Part shown: piece after piece, positions 26,647-42,915 of the stretch
How the letters are laid out: the number at the start of each line of letters is the position of its first letter
How positions within the stretch are numbered: the first letter of the stretch is position 1
DNA from: Eledone cirrhosa
Taxonomy: Eukaryota
Length of the DNA stretch: 64,000 bases
Assembly: GCA_964016885.1 (NCBI GenBank)
Contig: OZ024740.1
Location: 142,104,001 to 142,168,000, forward strand
Direction of reading: 5' to 3'
Notes under the pieces: model-generated
The model's database searches: none
What the model saw: the letters and a program-made list of their open reading frames with translations, nothing else
What the model was told of the DNA's origin: nothing
Program-made: the position numbers and the translations under genes

Positions 26647-26826
26647 TGGCAGTATCGGTAGAGGCTCGGACGCCATGCTTTGACGCATTGAGTTACGGCC
26701 CTTGCCATTCTGAGTTTAAATCCCGCCGAGGTTAACTTTGCCTTTCATCCTTACGGGGTCGATAAAATAAAGTACCAGTAATACACTGGAGTAATAGCTG
26801 GCCTTGTGCCAAAAGTAGAAACAATT
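26647..26826 (+). mobile_element. SINE (main family, short form)
   Basis: tggcagtatcggtagaggctcggacgccatgc...ggccttgtgccaaaagtagaaacaatt. Confidence 0.85.
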
Positions 26827-27394
26827 ATTATATAAGTGAATAGGCCTATACGTTGTTATTATGTATAATAAACATATGTAAGTCTCACTACGAATATTTT
26901 AACCTGTGATCATGTATGTCTTCATATTCGTAACAGGACATTCGTAGAAAGACTTATTTATTATACATAAACATAATGTATATGCCTTCATAGATGGCAG
27001 TGAGATGATCACAGATTAAAGCATTTGTTACGATAAATATATATATATATATATAAGTGTGTGCGCGTGTGTGTGTGTGTGTGTATGTGTGCGCGCGCGT
27101 GTGAGTGTATGTGTGTGTGTGAGTATATTTATTTTACATAAACATTTGGTATATGTCTTCATTTACATCACAATTATTAGCTACGCTGTTAGTGCCATCA
27201 CTAATTATATGTGATATACTGAATATTATTTATCCACTTAAAAAATAGGAGAACCCCTTGTTTAAAACAGACAAACAAAAGTGCCTAACACATTCATATG
27301 TCCCAGTTCTGATGACGAGTGTTCCAGTCGTTTGAAAAACCGAACACTCCTCATGAAATTAATTTACAAATAGCTGAGTATCCCACAGACAAGT

Positions 27395-28405
27395 GGCTGA
27401 CCGATGTGTGCCCGGTGTCCTGGATCTCTGGCAAGAAACCTAAGCAAAGGTGATGATCCCAAATTTCAAAAAGGGTGACAAGAGAGATTGATGCAATTAC
27501 AGAGGAATCTCCTTGTTAAACCTCCCTGGTAAAGTCTATGCTAAGTGTCTGACAAAGAGATGCAGGGAGATTGTCGATTCTAAGTTAGCTGAGGAATAGT
27601 ACGACTTTCACCCCGGACACAACACGGTCGGTCAACAACTCACACTGCGGGAGTTCTTCGAGAAATCGTGGGATTATTGCCAAAGGGTATATTCTTGTTT
27701 CGTAGACCTTGGAAAGGCATATGACCGCGTTCCTAGGGATCTGCTGTGGAAGATTCTGCAAGTGAATGGGATCGATGGTCAGCTCCTTGCTGCTCTGAAC
27801 TATCTATACAAATGCCCGAGTATTTATGTTCGGGCATTTGTATAGATAGCTCAGAGCAGCAAGGAGCTGACCATCGATCCCATTCACTTGCAGAATCTTC
27901 CACAGCAGATCCCTAGGAACGCGGTCATATGCCTTTCCAAGGTCTACGAAACAAGAATATACCTTTTGGCAATAATCCCACGATTTCTCGAAGAACTCCC
28001 GCAGTGTGAGTTGTCACCTTTCTTGTTCATTATTTTCATGAACAGGATTGACATACGCAGCCGGATTGGAAGTGGTGTCATGACTGGCAGGTGTAAAATC
28101 TGTCGGCTGGAATTTGCATACGACATGGTTTTACTTAATTTGACAGATGATCTTCGACAGGCATTTGATAGGTTTGATGCCAAGTGCTGTATGGCTGGAA
28201 TGAAAATCAGTGCTACGAAAACTGAGACATTCGTCCTCTCAAGGAAGCCTGCGCAATGCACTCTACATATGAATGGAGTTCCACTGAAGTAGGTGGAGAG
28301 GTTGAAGTATCTCAGGGCCGCGTTCGCATAGTGATGGAAACCAGGAGGCTGAATTAAGTGCAAGAATTATAGGAGCTTGCGTAGCAATAACGCGCCAGTT
28401 TCAGC
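27395..28405 (+). mobile_element. RTE-clade LINE RT fragment with an internal inverted duplication
   Basis: FKKGDKRD*CNYRGISLLNLPGKVYAK, FVDLGKAYDRVPR, LSPFLFIIFMN and GMKISATKTE. Segment ~27635-27818 is mirrored at ~27830-28014. Confidence 0.85.
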
Positions 28406-28458
28406 ATTCCATAATCAGAAGAAGATATACATATAAAGATCATTTTTTTATTATAATG

Positions 28459-28490
<32 letters not shown>

Positions 28491-28655
28491 AGATGCTCTG
28501 AAATAGCGATATATATGTGAAGATAGACATAGAGCATCTAATCCAATTTCTAATTTCTGCCGGACCGGCAACCGCTCTTTCAAACCAGTTCCTGTACACA
28601 GCTAAGTATTCTATCAGTCTCTAGCTGTGTCATTCTCGATAAAAGCACTGGATAT

Positions 28656-28698
28656 GTAATCCTGAAGATTTCTAATAAGAATGAAACGCGTAGGTTAC
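28656..28698 (+). ncRNA. Minimal hammerhead, intact core, palindromic stem III
   Basis: GTAATC CTGAAGA t-ttct-aata-agaa-t GAAA CGCG TA^GGTTAC. Flanked by a further 16-bp helix, attctcgataaaagca/tgcttttatcgagaat (28632-28720). Confidence 0.85.
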
Positions 28699-29312
28699 TT
28701 CCCTTGCTTTTATCGAGAATCTAATTGTAATACGTGACGTATTCTATTCTATAGCGATTAGGTCTTCAAAATGTTTATTATAAACATACAGAATATTTTC
28801 GAATATTCTATGTCTATATATATATTTATCTATGAGAGACAAACAGAATGAAAGAGAGTGATGTATGAGTGTGGGTGTGTGTGTGGGGGGGGGGGGGGGG
28901 TCACCAAAATATCATGTGTATTGTCTGGCTTGTTTGCAAAAATACATCTTACTTCGTAACCCGGAAATATATCCATTTGTATATATTTATGCTTTAAAAT
29001 AATGATCTTTCCAAGCTGTTTGGATGTAATGTCATGCAGTTGCTATATTTGTGCAGTGCATATGAAAATGTTGGCGGTCAATAGCTGTGGAACTTTGCCG
29101 CACAGTAGCTTTGAATATAAAATATTTTTGCTCAAATCATCAAACGTTCCGCTCAGTGGTTGTAAACAATTAAAGGGAGAGTTGCAGCGAGGTGATCATT
29201 GGTGAGGAAGCAACACATACACACTTTTCTTTATTTAACCTGGAAAGTTGAAAGGCAAAAGTCGCCTCGACAAGCTTTGAACTCAGAACGTAATTGGTTG
29301 CAACGTAATATT

Positions 29313-29513
29313 GATTTCTGATGTAGGCACAAAGCCAATGATATTTGGGGAGGGAGATGTCGATTAAATCGACCCCTGTGCATTAGTGGTACTTTATTTT
29401 ATCGACTCCGTAAGCAGGAAAGGCAAAGCTAACCTCGGCAGGATTTGAACATAAATCGTAAAGGGCCGTAACTGTATGCCATAACGTATGTTGTCCGACG
29501 CTCGACCGATACG
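29313..29513 (-). mobile_element. SINE (main family, long form)
   Basis: tgatttctgatgtaggcacaaagcc...gtcgattaaatcgacccc...gttgtccgacgctcgaccgatac. Confidence 0.8.
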
Positions 29514-29599
29514 TAACAATGCAAATAATATTCGGTAAAGTCACATGCGATGGTCCGTGGCTAATTATTATAATCCTTATAATAATAATTATTATTTTT

Positions 29600-30560
29600 T
29601 AAAGGTTTCTCTAGCTATCGGTTGTTAGGTGAAACGTTAATTGGCTTCAGATTAGTCCTTGATCTCAGAGATTCAATATAACGCGCCGGATTCTGGCAGT
29701 GATAGTGATGTTAGATATTTGGGCACTGCCTATGAAGTCGGGGATCGCAAGGCTTTTACTGAAAGACGTAAGGCGTTTAGGGACTGCGCCTAGCGCGCCA
29801 ATGACGATTTGCACGACGTCTGTCTCTACATGGTGATCAGTTCTAATAGCGCCTGCAAGGTCTGCATATTTATTGATCTTTTCTATTTCATTTTCAGCTA
29901 CATTGTTATCTTGGGGGATTGCAATATCAATTAGCATCCATTGGGGATTGTTTCTTTTTACAACATCGGGGCGTTTCTGTTGGACATTGTTTGTGGTCTT
30001 GATTTCAAGGTCCCAAATTAACTCTACTCCCTCACATGATAGGCAGGATTCAAGGGGAGTATGTTCGTACCACTGACATTGTGTTTCTATGTATTTTATG
30101 CACAACTGACATTGGACTCTTTTTGCTATAAGATCATGCCGGATATTATAACATCTTTTTGCTAATTGCTCAAATACCCTAGCAATATGTTTCAAGGATT
30201 CATCTGCTTTATGGCATACTCTGCAAAGTAAGAAGCAATTTTGTCCATCGATGTTAGCGTTTACCCAATTGGTTCTAAGTGACTGGTCATGTGCAGCAGT
30301 AATAATAGCTTCAGTGCTCTATTTAATCAAGCTTGACATAAATCAAAGCCAAGAACTAGGCTCAGAAATGTTTAATGGCAGCTGGAAATGTGACATGGAG
30401 AGCCTTTTCTATACATGACTGTTCTTGTTTCTCTCTAAAGGCTTTAGTGAATTCTTTTTTAACTTGACTTTCTGTAATAAAGTCTTCCTTGAGAGTAATG
30501 GTTCTTCAGTTAATGTTAGATTGACTCACAAGCTGTTGCACTCACTACGTACATATTTCT
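29600..30560 (-). mobile_element. 3' fragment of an R4/Dong-like RLE LINE
   Basis: CRVCHKADESLKHIA..RHDLIAK..LIWDLEIKT..KRPDVV..LIDIAIPQD..EKINKYADL..IVIGALGAVPK (ORF 30195-29665). The 3' end abuts a TAA/ATT-rich tract. Confidence 0.85.
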
Positions 30561-30667
30561 CAAACTAAACTAAACTTCTGTGGCCTTCCTTTCTCTTAAG
30601 TGTAAGCAACCATTGCACATTAAGGTCTTGCATGTGTGTCTATCAATACTAATGATGTTGATAATAA

Positions 30668-30744
<77 letters not shown>

Positions 30745-30858
30745 ATAGTAGTAGTAGGCGGTGTCGTCATGTATATCACCTATGCACCTAATATCGTTTG
30801 TCAAGTTGACTGTCAAATTGTTACAGATTTACAAAGTCCCTCGATATTCTCCTCGACA

Positions 30859-30928
<70 letters not shown>

Positions 30929-30998
30929 GGAGAGAGAGATAGGTATTGATATATATGTGTATGTGTGTCTATGTCTGTGTGCGTGTACGTGTGTGTGT

Positions 30999-31039
<41 letters not shown>

Positions 31040-31689
31040 CATTTACATGCCTGTTTGTTGAATCAATTTTGCCATTTCTAACGTAGAAGGTATCATTTTA
31101 TTTATTTCTTTTATTATTTATTTCTGATTATTATTTTAATTTATTGAAATGATGTACAACGAAAGATTACATTTACATTTTGCGATGAACGTTGATGAGA
31201 AAGTCACTTTATCAAATGCTCTATAGATGAAATCGGGTTGTCGTCGTCAGCATGGTGTTGTTGAGGACCACGTCTGTAAAGCAGTATGACATTAAAATGA
31301 TGTATACAAATATATAGTGAAGCGCGTGACTTGGTGTTTACGGTCTACGACTCAGTCGCTTAAAAAAATTTATAAGATACCTTTACTTTTAATGGCATCT
31401 TATAAACTTGTATAAGCGCATGAAGAAAGGTCACTAAATTTGATTCTTGATGCTTCTTGTATTCTGGAGGTATGGTAAAATTTGTGCCTTGAGACCTTGG
31501 GTAGCGCCTTTGTTACGTGAATGAACATAATAAATAATATGATATAATATAATTGTTTCTACTTTAGGCACAAGGCCAGCAATTACCCAGTGCATTACTG
31601 GTACTTTATTTTATCGACCCCGTAATGATATAATATAATATATATATATTATATATATATATATGTATGTATGTGTGTATGTATATATG

Positions 31690-31764
<75 letters not shown>

Positions 31765-31845
31765 TTTATTATGGCAAAGTGATGAGTCTTGTTACTTCGG
31801 AGTTTCACCTGTGCAAACCCAGGATCATCAGACACACACACATGC

Positions 31846-31929
<84 letters not shown>

Positions 31930-31952
31930 ACACACACATACACACACACACA

Positions 31953-32001
<49 letters not shown>

Positions 32002-32696
32002 TGTAAGTATGTATATATGTATGTTTGTATATACGTATATATATATGTGTGTGTGTGTATGTGTGTCCGTTCATGCCTAGGTGTTTATGTTGCTTAACTT
32101 AGCGGTACCACAAAATAAGTACTAGACTTGGAAATGTATGTACTGGAGTCGTTATGATCGATAAATATTATAAATATTTTCAAATCGGTGTGCCTGCATG
32201 GTCAGAGTCTCATGACTGGAACCAGTAAAAAAATAAGATGGCATCTTATGTGCAACTTGCAATCAGAACTACAGCTGGATCCAAAGGAAAGTCATCTCAA
32301 AAGCTGAGTATTGAAGTTTCTCTACACGTCCTGCATCAACCTCGAATAGACAACATAAACTTCATATTTCCAGCTGTTGTATCATTGATAGTCTTTAGTT
32401 ATTCGAGGATCCAACCATGGATTGCATATACATCTCTACCTATTTACACCTTTCATTAACAATAATACTTGATCAAAAACACTCTCTATATTTTCAAATA
32501 AATTTGAAAAAGAAAGGGATTTAGCAATATAACTAACTTTTCACATTATATATTTGTTGTTTGTAATATCTTAACAAATGTTTTTACATAAAATTTAACA
32601 TAAACAGCTGTGTATTATAGAATCAGAGGTGGTTTGGTACCAAAAGGATTAACATTCGGGTAATGTAGTCAGATATATTTGAATATGTAAGCTGTA

Positions 32697-32870
32697 GAGC
32701 TGGCAAATAGCGCTATATTTCAGAACTGCTCGCCATTATATAAAATATAACGGCTTGAGTTCAAATCCTGCCGAGGTTAACTTTGCCTTTCATCCTTACG
32801 GGGTCGATACTATAAAGTACCAGTAATGCACTGAGATAATTGCTGGCCTTGTGCCAAAAGTAGAAACAAT

Positions 32871-32872
<2 letters not shown>
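32697..32872 (+). mobile_element. SINE (main family, short form)
   Basis: gagttcaaatcctgccgaggttaactttgcc...ggccttgtgccaaaagtagaaacaatt. Confidence 0.8.
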
Positions 32873-32932
<60 letters not shown>

Positions 32933-33809
32933 CAACAGTGACATCAACAGGTACTCAAGTTTCGTTGGGTTCTGGACCCCAATTCATTAGCCTGTTATGA
33001 GAGCTAATTTACCTAGGTAGGTCGTTCTGTTGATCAAAGAACTGGGCGCTAATACGGCGTTTTCGACAAAAACGTTCATCAAAATGTGTATATGTAATCA
33101 TACCCGAAAGGAAGCGGAGAGAAAAGCAAAAAGAAACAGAAAAGAAATGGCAAGGAGAAGATTGGAGGGTAGAGGTGTGTATGGAAATATTGAAGCTTGT
33201 GATGGCATGATTTGCCAGACATTAGAACCAGAGATGTTTAGCTTTTGTTGTGGAGTCGGATCAATAAATAACTTTATAGAACTAAAACCGTGTGTTGCAA
33301 CCGTTTGATCACGTTACTGGTTTGCTTGGATTGAAATCAACTATTGATTGATAATATTGTAACATAAACACTATCAGCAGCTGCGGAAAGCGAATAAGGA
33401 CAAATAAGAAAAACAACATTTACAAGAGCAAAAACAATATGATGCAACGGTAACAACATCAAGCAAACACAACCAAAACAAAAAGAACAACCATCACTAT
33501 AGGGGACAACATCAGTAAACACAACTTTAAATTACTTATACAAGACCATTCGATAAAATTCACACAATTTCTATCTACTAAAACTTTAGTTGACTTAAGA
33601 CAATAGCAGAACATTCTTCTCAGTATGCTGCGCGATGGAATTGGACGCGGAACTATGTAATTTCTGAGCCACTTCTTACCAAGGCATTCATACATTACAA
33701 CACATATTCAACACTGCTTACATTATGTGACATATTCCACGCTAATATCCATTATATACACGATGGTAATATGCGTTACATATACCACAAAGCATCATAT
33801 ACTCTACAT

Positions 33810-34027
33810 CAGGCAATTGACACATGCGGCCCGCGGGCCGCATGTGGCCCTTTACAAACACACCTGCAGCTTGCACAAAGGTTTTTACAGCGCGAGTATG
33901 CTTTATCTTTGTAATATAACATTTTAAAATGTGTTGTAATGTGCGCAATTAGTTGTCGTGTGTGGCCCTCAGACAACACATATGTGACCCACGTGGCCCT
34001 CGGGGGACCCTCAGTTTGATATGCCTG
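33810..34027. mobile_element. hAT (Charlie/Buster-type) MITE with 8-bp TSD
   Basis: Termini CAGGCA...TGCCTG, internal gcggcccgcgggccgcatgtggccc motifs, and an exact flanking duplication ctctacat (33802-33809 and 34028-34035). Confidence 0.85.
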
Positions 34028-34696
34028 CTCTACATTACACTTTATAATGCAGTATGCACTGTAATATACAGCACACACTCTAATATGCTACACTACAATG
34101 AATAAAGTAAACGAACTGACTCCATACATTACATTACATTATACAACACTACAAGACAATTCTCTACCTTATACTACAATACACTGCATTTCGTTAAGCT
34201 ACACTACATTACATAACTTGTTCTAATATGTTTATTAAAAACGCTGCATTACATAGCTGTAGATTGGCAACATGCCTTGCAGCATAGTGTGATGGCCCTT
34301 TACGTTTTGTGTTCATATCTCGCCAAGGTTAGCTTTGTCTTTCATCTTTCCGTGGTTGATAAAATAAGTCAGTAACACAGTGAGGCAGATTTCATCGACT
34401 TTCCCCTCTCCTTCAAATTGCTGGTCTTGTGTTTAAAGTAGAAACAATTATAATACAATACATTCTCTACATAATAGTACACTACAGTACATTGTATACA
34501 CTGTATCACATACGCTACAATATATACTTCATAGTACACTACGCTCCATTACAGTACAATACATTACACATACTATACTAGCATAGATTACACGCCACAC
34601 ATCATATTACACCACGTGTTCTGTATAGTACATTTAATACACTACCTTACATGACATCAGATCCTTACATGACATACACCACATTGTACTACATAC

Positions 34697-36047
34697 TCAG
34701 CTAGCACCTATTGGTCGGCAGATAGTCGTAATCGGCCATTTAGCAGATTATTTGGAATTGACTTTTTGCCGATTAATCAGTTTTGTTAATAGACGATTAC
34801 GGTAACCCGCCGAAGTTAACTTTGCCTTTCATCCTTACGAGGTTGATGAAATAAAATACCAGTAACGTACTGGGCTCGATTTAATCGACTTTCCCCTACC
34901 CCAAATTGTTGACTTTGTGCCTAAATCAGAGACCATTATTTTAGTGGATTGGCAGTAACGGTAGAGCGTCGGGCATCATGGTTGACAGCATAGAGTTACG
35001 GTCCTTTACCTTCTGATTTCAAATCCCGCAGAGGTTAGCTTTGCCTTTCATCCTTACCGGGTCGATAAATAAAGCACCAGTAACGCACTGGGGGTCGATT
35101 CAATCGACTTTGCCCTCTCCCCAAAATTGTTGGCCTTGTGCTTAAATCAGAAACCATTATATTTTATTTTTGATAGACGTGTCTGTTGGAGCAAAAAAAA
35201 AATATCATAAAAACATGTGTGGCAGTGAAATTCGGAAAACATTAAAATTCATCATGTATAAATATATAAGAAACATATATTATGTCTTGGCACACACAAT
35301 CTAACGCTCAAAGGGTAATATAATTCTGTTCCTAGTGTTCGAACGAGCTGATATACTCAACTGCAAGTTACTTGAGACAGCTCAGAGGACATAACCCTCG
35401 GTACGGTAAAAGTAGAAAAAAGCATCCCTACTCATCTGGTGGAATATGTTTTTATTTAATATTTTAAAAAGGAATTTATTAACAAATTATTAAGAATCCG
35501 ATTACATGTTTATTTAAAGTTATTCAACATTTTCCAAATAATAATCGTTCCTGTTATCTTAACTTATTCAAACCAAAAACAAAAATTGAATAATCAAATC
35601 TAAGATCTCATAAATTATAATGTAAAAACACCAACATTTCTCCATTTTAAAGAGCATAGCTAATTTCTTGCAGGCTCGTATATCAGCCTAATTTCATCAT
35701 CACGTGTTCTCAAATAGTAACTTCATAAAAGTGGAATGGCAGTATCGGTAGATGTTCGGACGCCATGCTTTGCAGCATAGAGTTACGCCCCTTTACGATC
35801 TGAGTTCAAATCCCACCGAGCTTAACTTTGCTTTTCATCCTTACGGGGTCGATGAAATAAAGTACAGGTAATGTACTGGGATAATTGCTAGCCTTGCGCC
35901 AAAAGTAGAAACAATTATTTATAATTGATTATAATTAATTTTCCATAACTATATTATAAATAATCAGCGACCAACCATTCGGTATCGGCCGATAAGGCAA
36001 GGCCGATTAATCGGTAATTGGCCAATTTAACTATCGGTGCAATCGTA
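34697..36047. mobile_element. Old non-autonomous hAT-type element with 8-bp TSD, carrying three SINE insertions
   Basis: Degenerate TIRs (..gcacctattggt / aactatcggtgc..) and subterminal atcggcc/ccgatta repeats at both ends. Flanking ctacatac at 34689-34696 and 36048-36055. SINEs at ~34805-35160 (two) and ~35731-35917. Confidence 0.6.
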
Positions 36048-36394
36048 CTACATACAATATAGCACATATTTCACATTACACGGCATTGATTCACATACTC
36101 TACACAACACTAACTATACCGCATTACATCACATGCTCTACACTACATTATATACTCTACAATATATTACATAAACTACAAAAAACGGCTCCTGAAAGGT
36201 ATTAAGCTGGCCATACTTCAATATTCTTCCGTCTATCTCCATTACATAAATCTGTTTATATCAATAACAGCAATATCAAAAACAACAACAACAACAACAA
36301 CAACAGTAATAACAGCAGTAGCAACAGCAGTAGTAAGAAAACCATCAGCGGCAACGATAATGACATCAAGACCAACAGCAACAACAAAAACCAC

Positions 36395-38818
<2,424 letters not shown>

Positions 38819-39749
38819 ATAGCTTCAGTTTTTACTCGATCATCCATAATACATTGATTGACTTATATTCTTTGGTCGTGATAGCCATGCGTACACATGC
38901 GTTAATCAGTAGGATAAGTGGCTACGTGTAGGTAATGATATTTGTACACCATATAAACCAGGACGGGCGATAGTGTGTTCAAAATAATACCAGCTGTAAC
39001 TATTATTCACATTAGTTCAGTAATGCCTGCAGTAATTACCTAACTGAGACTGGAGCACGTCTGCAGCGGGTGATCGCCTCCTTCAAATGAAAATTTTGTT
39101 TAAATGACTCATACAAGTCCAGACGCTGTCATCACAAATGTAGCAGTTTCAGATTTGTAGTGACACGTAGCCACACCCGAAAAGAAGGTCGGTAAAAAAA
39201 CTGACCATTATAAGGGAACACATTGGCGGGAAAATAAAAAACTGAATATAAGCCGAATTATATGTAAATGCATTGCTATACAATAATGCTTTGTCAGTTT
39301 GCGTCCTTATGCTTAGAAACATGTTGATACATGACTACCTGTAGTGAAGATATCTGTGTCTCCGCGCGCGGGTATGTGTGTTTTTCGGTATATATAATCT
39401 ATAATACATAGTTTATATGCATATCTTCTTCTTATTGATATTTTCCCGTAACTCATGAGGAAGTCGCAGAGACACCATATGGACATACGGCGTTTCTGTG
39501 GCATTTTAAACCTGGTCGAGCCCATCTGAATACAGAAGGTTTCTTTCAAAGAAGGAGAGAGAGAAAGAGTATGAGAAAGGAAGTGAGAAAGAGATATAAA
39601 AGAAGAACCCCATCACACACCCACCCATTACTAAACTGGTACTGCTTTTATCGATCACGAATAGATGAAAGGCAAAGTTCACCTCGACAAAATTTGAATA
39701 GAGTAAGGAGAGAGCCAGAACGAATACCGCAAAGCATTCTCTCTGACGT

Positions 39750-39825
<76 letters not shown>

Positions 39826-40199
39826 TATGTATACGTACATACATATATGTGTACAGACGCACAGTAGTATGTATATATATACATACATGCACACATATAT
39901 ATATGTACATATGTGTTTACCGAACATTCATTATAATGTTCGGTTTGTTTGTAAACAAACAGCCCGAATTACGTCGTACATACGTATGTACTGGCCTAAA
40001 TCTTCACTATTTACTTTTACTATTTTAATAACCTCTGTCATTTTCGTTTTCAATTTTATTTATATCATTCTTAAACTCCGGGGCTGGAAATCATTCTGTT
40101 ATTTTAAATAAAATATTAGTCTAACGACTCCATTAATACCATAAACTTGGTCTTGTCTTTGTATGAAATTGTTCTTCACGATCCACATAACGATGTATT

Positions 40200-41700
40200 A
40201 TCCTCGCTTTTTTCCCGTTCGTTGCCAGGGAACGTCTTCACGAACCAAAATATCGTCTTCCTGTTTTCTTCACAATTTAAGGGTTTTATTTCTTTTGATG
40301 GAAAACAGTGACCGTTTTCGGTTTGGCATTTCGTAAAATGGTACTTCAGAATTCATTTCATAAAATGGTACTGTATGATAGTTTACACTTTGATTGCCCT
40401 GGTCAGCAAGAGGGGCCTCTATATATTAGATGTTTATTAGAAGAGGGGGAAATAACTAACCCCAGTATTAGAACAGGGGGTTCGCAATGTAAGGGTTTTA
40501 TTTCTTTTGTTAGAAAACACTTACCTTTTTCGGTTTGGCATTTCGTAAAATTCTACTGCAGAATCGATTTCATAAAACAGTACTGTATGATCGTTATAGA
40601 ATTATTTAAATTTAATATAGAGCAATTGTAATTTAAAAATGAAAATGAAACGTACTGTAGTAGCCAAAAGTTTATTAACAGCGAAAGAACGTTGTCTTTG
40701 ATATGTTATTTTAAATAAGATAATGAATTGAAAAATACTACTTACTGTTAGTGGTGGGTAACATGTATTAGAAATAAAATGAAAATGATATCTGAAAAAA
40801 CGTACTTGAGAACATGACTCCCTTCTTCGCAATTTAAGGGTTTTATATCTTTTGATGGAAAACATTGACCGTTTTCGGTTTGGCATTTCGTAAAATAGTA
40901 CTGCAGAATTGATTTCATAAAACGGTACTGTATGTTAACAGCGAAAGAACGCTGCGAAAGAACGCAGCGAAAGAAATTGATGAGTTTAACAATTTGTATG
41001 AAATTGTAATTAAGACAATGAATATTGAAAGTAGTAGAACAGGGGGAAATAACCCAATTAGACGTTTATTAGAAGAGAGAGAAATAACTAACCCCAGTAT
41101 TAGAACAGGGGGTTCGCAATGTAAGGGTTTTATTTACGGTACTGTATGATCGTTATAGAAGTATTTAAATTTAATATACAGCAACTCTAATTGAAAAATG
41201 AAAATGAAACGTACTGTAGAAGGCAACAGTTTATTAATCTGCATTTTCAAACTTGCATATCATCGACATTGCTATTTCGCTGTTAATAAACAACGCTTTT
41301 CACGTCGCTCCACTTCTCATTGTACGCCGTCCAGCCCCAAGTGCATATTTCTATTTTTTTCATGAAACTGCTTCTTTATAATAAACTTTCAGTAATATTT
41401 TTCAAATTATTGGTACTGTATGTTAACAGCGAAAGAACGTTGATGAGTTTAAAAATTTGTATGAAATTGTAAATAAGACAAAAGTATTAGAACAGGGGGA
41501 AATAACTCACCGAACGCGATAGTTTTGGGGTCCCGGGGACCACATTTTTCAAGTTAGAGATTTGAAACCTCGTCTATTTGCTTCCTTGGCACTTTTTACA
41601 TAGGTGTGTAAATTTTCATGTCAGTCCGACCACGTCTACTACCATTTAACCGTGCACATCTGAATTTCAACCACCACCCATTTCACAAATATATATTAGA
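40200..41700. repeat. Element with internally reiterated 60-120 bp blocks (possibly a Helitron/Helentron-derived non-autonomous element)
   Basis: caat(t/g)taagggttttat...ggtttggcatttcgtaaaat occurs at ~40273, ~40485 and ~40829. ttattagaagag...ccccagtattagaacaggggg occurs at ~40433 and ~41066. The class assignment is weak. Confidence 0.45.
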
Positions 41701-41708
41701 TATATATA

Positions 41709-41973
41709 TAACGAAAGAATTGTGGTAAGGATCCAAATGGACCATAACGCACCAGAGTACTCAATACTTAGGGTAGTAGAGTGGGTAATAGGAAAATGTT
41801 AAAGACCCCGATGGCAGAGCTCAAGCCTATATATATATATTATATATATATATATATAATATATATAGGCTTGAGCTCTGCCATCGGGGTCTTTAACATT
41901 TTCCTATTGACCATAACGCACCAGAGTAGTGGATAATAGGAAAATGTTCAGGACCCCGACGGCAGAGCTCAAG

Positions 41974-42021
<48 letters not shown>

Positions 42022-42114
42022 CTTGAGCTCTGCCGTCGGGGTCCTGAACATTTTCCTATTACCCACTACTCTGGTGCGTTATGGTCAATCTGGATCCTTA
42101 CCACACTTCCTTCG

Positions 42115-42118
<4 letters not shown>
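41709..42118. repeat. Four-unit alternating-orientation array of a short TA-embedded module
   Basis: Units at 41711-41829 (fwd), 41866-41908 (rev), 41909-41978 (fwd) and 42018-42116 (rev). Each fwd/rev pair brackets a (TA)n tract. Confidence 0.85.
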
Positions 42119-42180
<62 letters not shown>

Positions 42181-42883
42181 TGTAAAACAGAAAAAAATCA
42201 CTATTTCTAACAAATAACGCAGTGATATTTTTTCTAAAAATAGTGTGAACGGATTTTACATAAAATAACGCAGAACTCTTGAAATTGAATGGTTTCGTGA
42301 TGTACTAAATAATTCTGACAGACTTTTATGAAAAATACTTTTTGGGTCTCTGGGTCACACATAATATTTATAGCTACATCAGTCAGACATCAGCGTATTG
42401 AGATCAACGCTGAACTATGCATTTTCTCTGGCTAGGAAATAAGAATGATAAAAAAACGAACATACAAAATAAAGCCGAATGGAAAAACAAAAATAATAAT
42501 AATAAAATAAAATAAAATAAGATAAAAATAAACGAGATAAATCCAAATTAGATATATAAATACTTAAAGGTGAATTTTAAAAATAATTTAAAACTGAAAT
42601 AATCGAAAATGATTAATTCTCTCCCCCTCTCTCTCTCTCTCTCTCTCCGGATTCCTTCACAATTACAATGGTAGTCTGTAAGACTGAATCAGAAACAAAA
42701 CCGATATCTGGAAGTCATGCAAACATGTTTCTTTGAATAGAACAAATAAACAAGGGGTGGGTAAGAGAAAGTAAAGAGGGAAAATTATCGGTCATGCATG
42801 TAGTACTGAATATTATACGAAACAAACAATTAGTAAGACAATGATAACAATACTACTACTACTGCTGCTACTGCTGCTACTGT

Positions 42884-42915
<32 letters not shown>

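Noticed and set aside
27309-27365. CTGATGA...GAAA hammerhead-like spacing
   Set aside because: There is no stem I pairing, and it lies in a SINE-like body segment also seen at ~2880-2970 and ~3720-3800.
32238-33308. Short non-repetitive ORFs (32238-32459, 33030-33308) as host exons
   Set aside because: No recognisable domain or supported splice structure. Small exons cannot be excluded without RNA-seq.
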